Assembly: GCF_019247615.1 (NCBI RefSeq)
Contig: NZ_JAFBAT010000269.1
Coordinates: forward strand, 5,587-69,586
Origin: Mycobacterium sp.
GTDB lineage: Bacteria > Actinomycetota > Actinomycetes > Mycobacteriales > Mycobacteriaceae
Direction of reading: 5' to 3'
Length of the DNA: 64,000 bases
The translations under genes and the position numbers were made by a program. A model generated the notes under the pieces. That model searched no databases. It saw only the letters and a program-made list of their open reading frames with translations, and was not told where the DNA came from. Shown here piece after piece: positions 62,612 to 64,000 of this stretch (positions are counted from its first letter, which is position 1; each line of letters begins with the position of its first letter).

Positions 62612-64000
62612 CTATCCCCCTGCGCTGCGGCCAGATCCACCACGACGGTGAGCCCGCCGCCCGGTGTATCGCCGGCCGCGATGGTTCCGCCCATCGCTTC
62701 GACGAAGCCGCGCGCCACCGACATTCCCAGGCCCACCCCGGTGGTGTTGTCGTGGTCGCCCAGCCGCTGGAATGCTTCGAAGATCTGATCCTCGGTGCCT
62801 TTAGGGATTCCGGGCCCTTCGTCGATGACGTTGATCAGGACCCGATCGCCGACCTGTCCCGCGTTGACCCGCACCACGCAGTTGGGCGCGTAGCGGAGCG
62901 CGTTGTCGATCAGATTCGCGAGGACTCGTTCGAGTAGACCAGCGTCGGCCATCACCACGGCGTCGCCGACATCGACCTTGACGCGGTCGATAGCGGATCG
63001 ATAGAAACCGGTGGCGCCCTTGCCGATCGAGACCAGCGCACGCTGCACCGCCTCCTCGACATAAACCCGGCGTAGATCCGGACGTACCACGCCCGCGGCC
63101 AGTCGCGAGGAATCGAGCAGGTTTCCGACCAACGCGGTCAGTTGGTCGATGGATTCCTCGATGGTGGCCAGCAATTCGGCGGTGTCCTCGGCGGAGAAGG
63201 CGACGTCTTCGGCGCGAAGGCTGGACACGGCGACCTTGGCCGCCGCCAGCGGCGTGCGCAGATCGTGGCTGACCGCCGACAGGAGGGACCGCCGCAGCTC
63301 GTCGGCCTGCACAATCGCGTGGGCCCGGCTGGCTTCTTCGGCCAGCTCGCGTTGCTTGATCAGACCCGCCGCCTGCCTCGCCACCGCGCCCAGCACCCGG
63401 CGGTCTCGTGCGGAGAGCTTCTTGCCGGCCAACAGCATCCAGTATTCGTCGTCGCCGACCTCGATCGCAGTGTCGGCGGAATCAACGCTGTCACAAGGGT
63501 CTTTGCCGACACTGGCAACGACGTAGCCCTTTCTCCCGGTGGCGCGCTCTTCCTCACCGGGCTCCCGCAGCATGCTGACCGCACGCTGCGAGTAGGTCTC
63601 CCGCACCCGCTCCAGCAGCGTCTCCAGATCGGCGCCGCGCAGCACCGACCCGGCGAACAGCGTCAGCAGTTCGGCTTCTTGGGAGGCGCGCCGGGCTTCC
63701 CGGGTGCGTTTGGCCGCGCCGTCGACGAGCACGGCGACCGCCACCGCGATCAGGAGCAGCACCAACTCGGTAATGGCGCTGTTCGGTTCGGCGATGGTGA
63801 AGCTGTGCCGCGGGGGTATCAGGTAGTAGTTCAGCAGCAAACCGGACAGCACCGCCGAAAGGGCCGCCGGGGCAACCCCTCCCAGGAGTCCGACCACGAG
63901 GACCCCGATGAAGAACAACGCGCTCTCGCCGGCGTTGTTCAGATATGGGTCCAGCAGCGTGACGCAAACCGCACAGATGGCCGACGGCACGATGACGGCA
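62608..64000 (-). CDS. kdpD: sensor histidine kinase KdpD, N-terminal part outside the window
   Basis: TM segments, then ..LLSAVSHDLRTPLAA (H-box), DNALRYAP (N-box), DEGPGIP, GVGLGMSVARG (G-boxes). The frame is open to the window edge. Confidence 0.9.
   Translation of the reverse strand, partial: AVIVPSAICAVCVTLLDPYLNNAGESALFFIGVLVVGLLGGVAPAALSAVLSGLLLNYYLIPPRHSFTIAEPNSAITELVLLLIAVAVAVLVDGAAKRTREARRASQEAELLTLFAGSVLRGADLETLLERVRETYSQRAVSMLREPGEEERATGRKGYVVASVGKDPCDSVDSADTAIEVGDDEYWMLLAGKKLSARDRRVLGAVARQAAGLIKQRELAEEASRAHAIVQADELRRSLLSAVSHDLRTPLAAAKVAVSSLRAEDVAFSAEDTAELLATIEESIDQLTALVGNLLDSSRLAAGVVRPDLRRVYVEEAVQRALVSIGKGATGFYRSAIDRVKVDVGDAVVMADAGLLERVLANLIDNALRYAPNCVVRVNAGQVGDRVLINVIDEGPGIPKGTEDQIFEAFQRLGDHDNTTGVGLGMSVARGFVEAMGGTIAAGDTPGGGLTVVVDLAAAQGDR

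Overview
High-GC actinobacterial chromosome, clearly a slow-growing Mycobacterium: it has PE and PE_PGRS genes, RpfB, LpqT/LpqU, Pmt and a cAMP-dependent lysine acetyltransferase. From memory, the backbone follows the M. tuberculosis H37Rv gene order Rv0990c-Rv1028c: FmdB-like, 5-FTHF cyclo-ligase, galU, moeA, rimJ, Rv0996-like, tRNA-Ala, Rv0998-like KAT, DUF5642 lipoproteins, alkB-like, arcA, pmt, rsmI, Rv1004c-like, pabB, Rv1006-like, metG, tatD, rpfB-ksgA-ispE, fadD, pth, rplY, lpqT, prs, glmU, tRNA-Gln, TetR, mfd, mazG, lpqU, eno, ftsB, DUF501, ppx, kdpE, kdpD.

Three accessory blocks interrupt this backbone:
- Block 1 (about 6.0-12.7 kb) is a decayed island integrated at tRNA-Ala. A 24-nt direct repeat flanks it, and it holds an integrase pseudogene, a CoA-transferase pseudogene, an unassigned membrane protein and kup.
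- Block 2 (12.7-19.7 kb) holds a PE plus PE_PGRS aspartic-protease pair, a STAS protein, a decayed stand-alone GGDEF gene, an M42 peptidase and a methyltransferase.
- Block 3 (29.4-37.6 kb) is rich in signalling genes: an ECF41-type sigma factor with an oxidoreductase, a GAF-GGDEF-EAL protein, two TetR regulators and a PAS protein.

The most unusual non-coding signals are:
- a 112-bp insertion with a 10-bp target duplication exactly at the kdpD/kdpE ATGA overlap, which creates a translationally coupled 41-codon mini-ORF (MIRU-like architecture);
- a 2 x 57-bp tandem repeat that fills the gap between two convergent stop codons;
- two 60-nt palindromes with conserved termini and covarying interiors;
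- short tandem repeats in one 5' leader.

No CRISPR array, rRNA or intact IS element was seen. Many long ORFs in the track are antisense artefacts of the GC-rich DNA. All calls rest on reading the translations and the DNA; no database search was possible. Family names and H37Rv synteny are recalled, not verified. Hand-placed coordinates of non-ORF features may be off by 1-2 nt.
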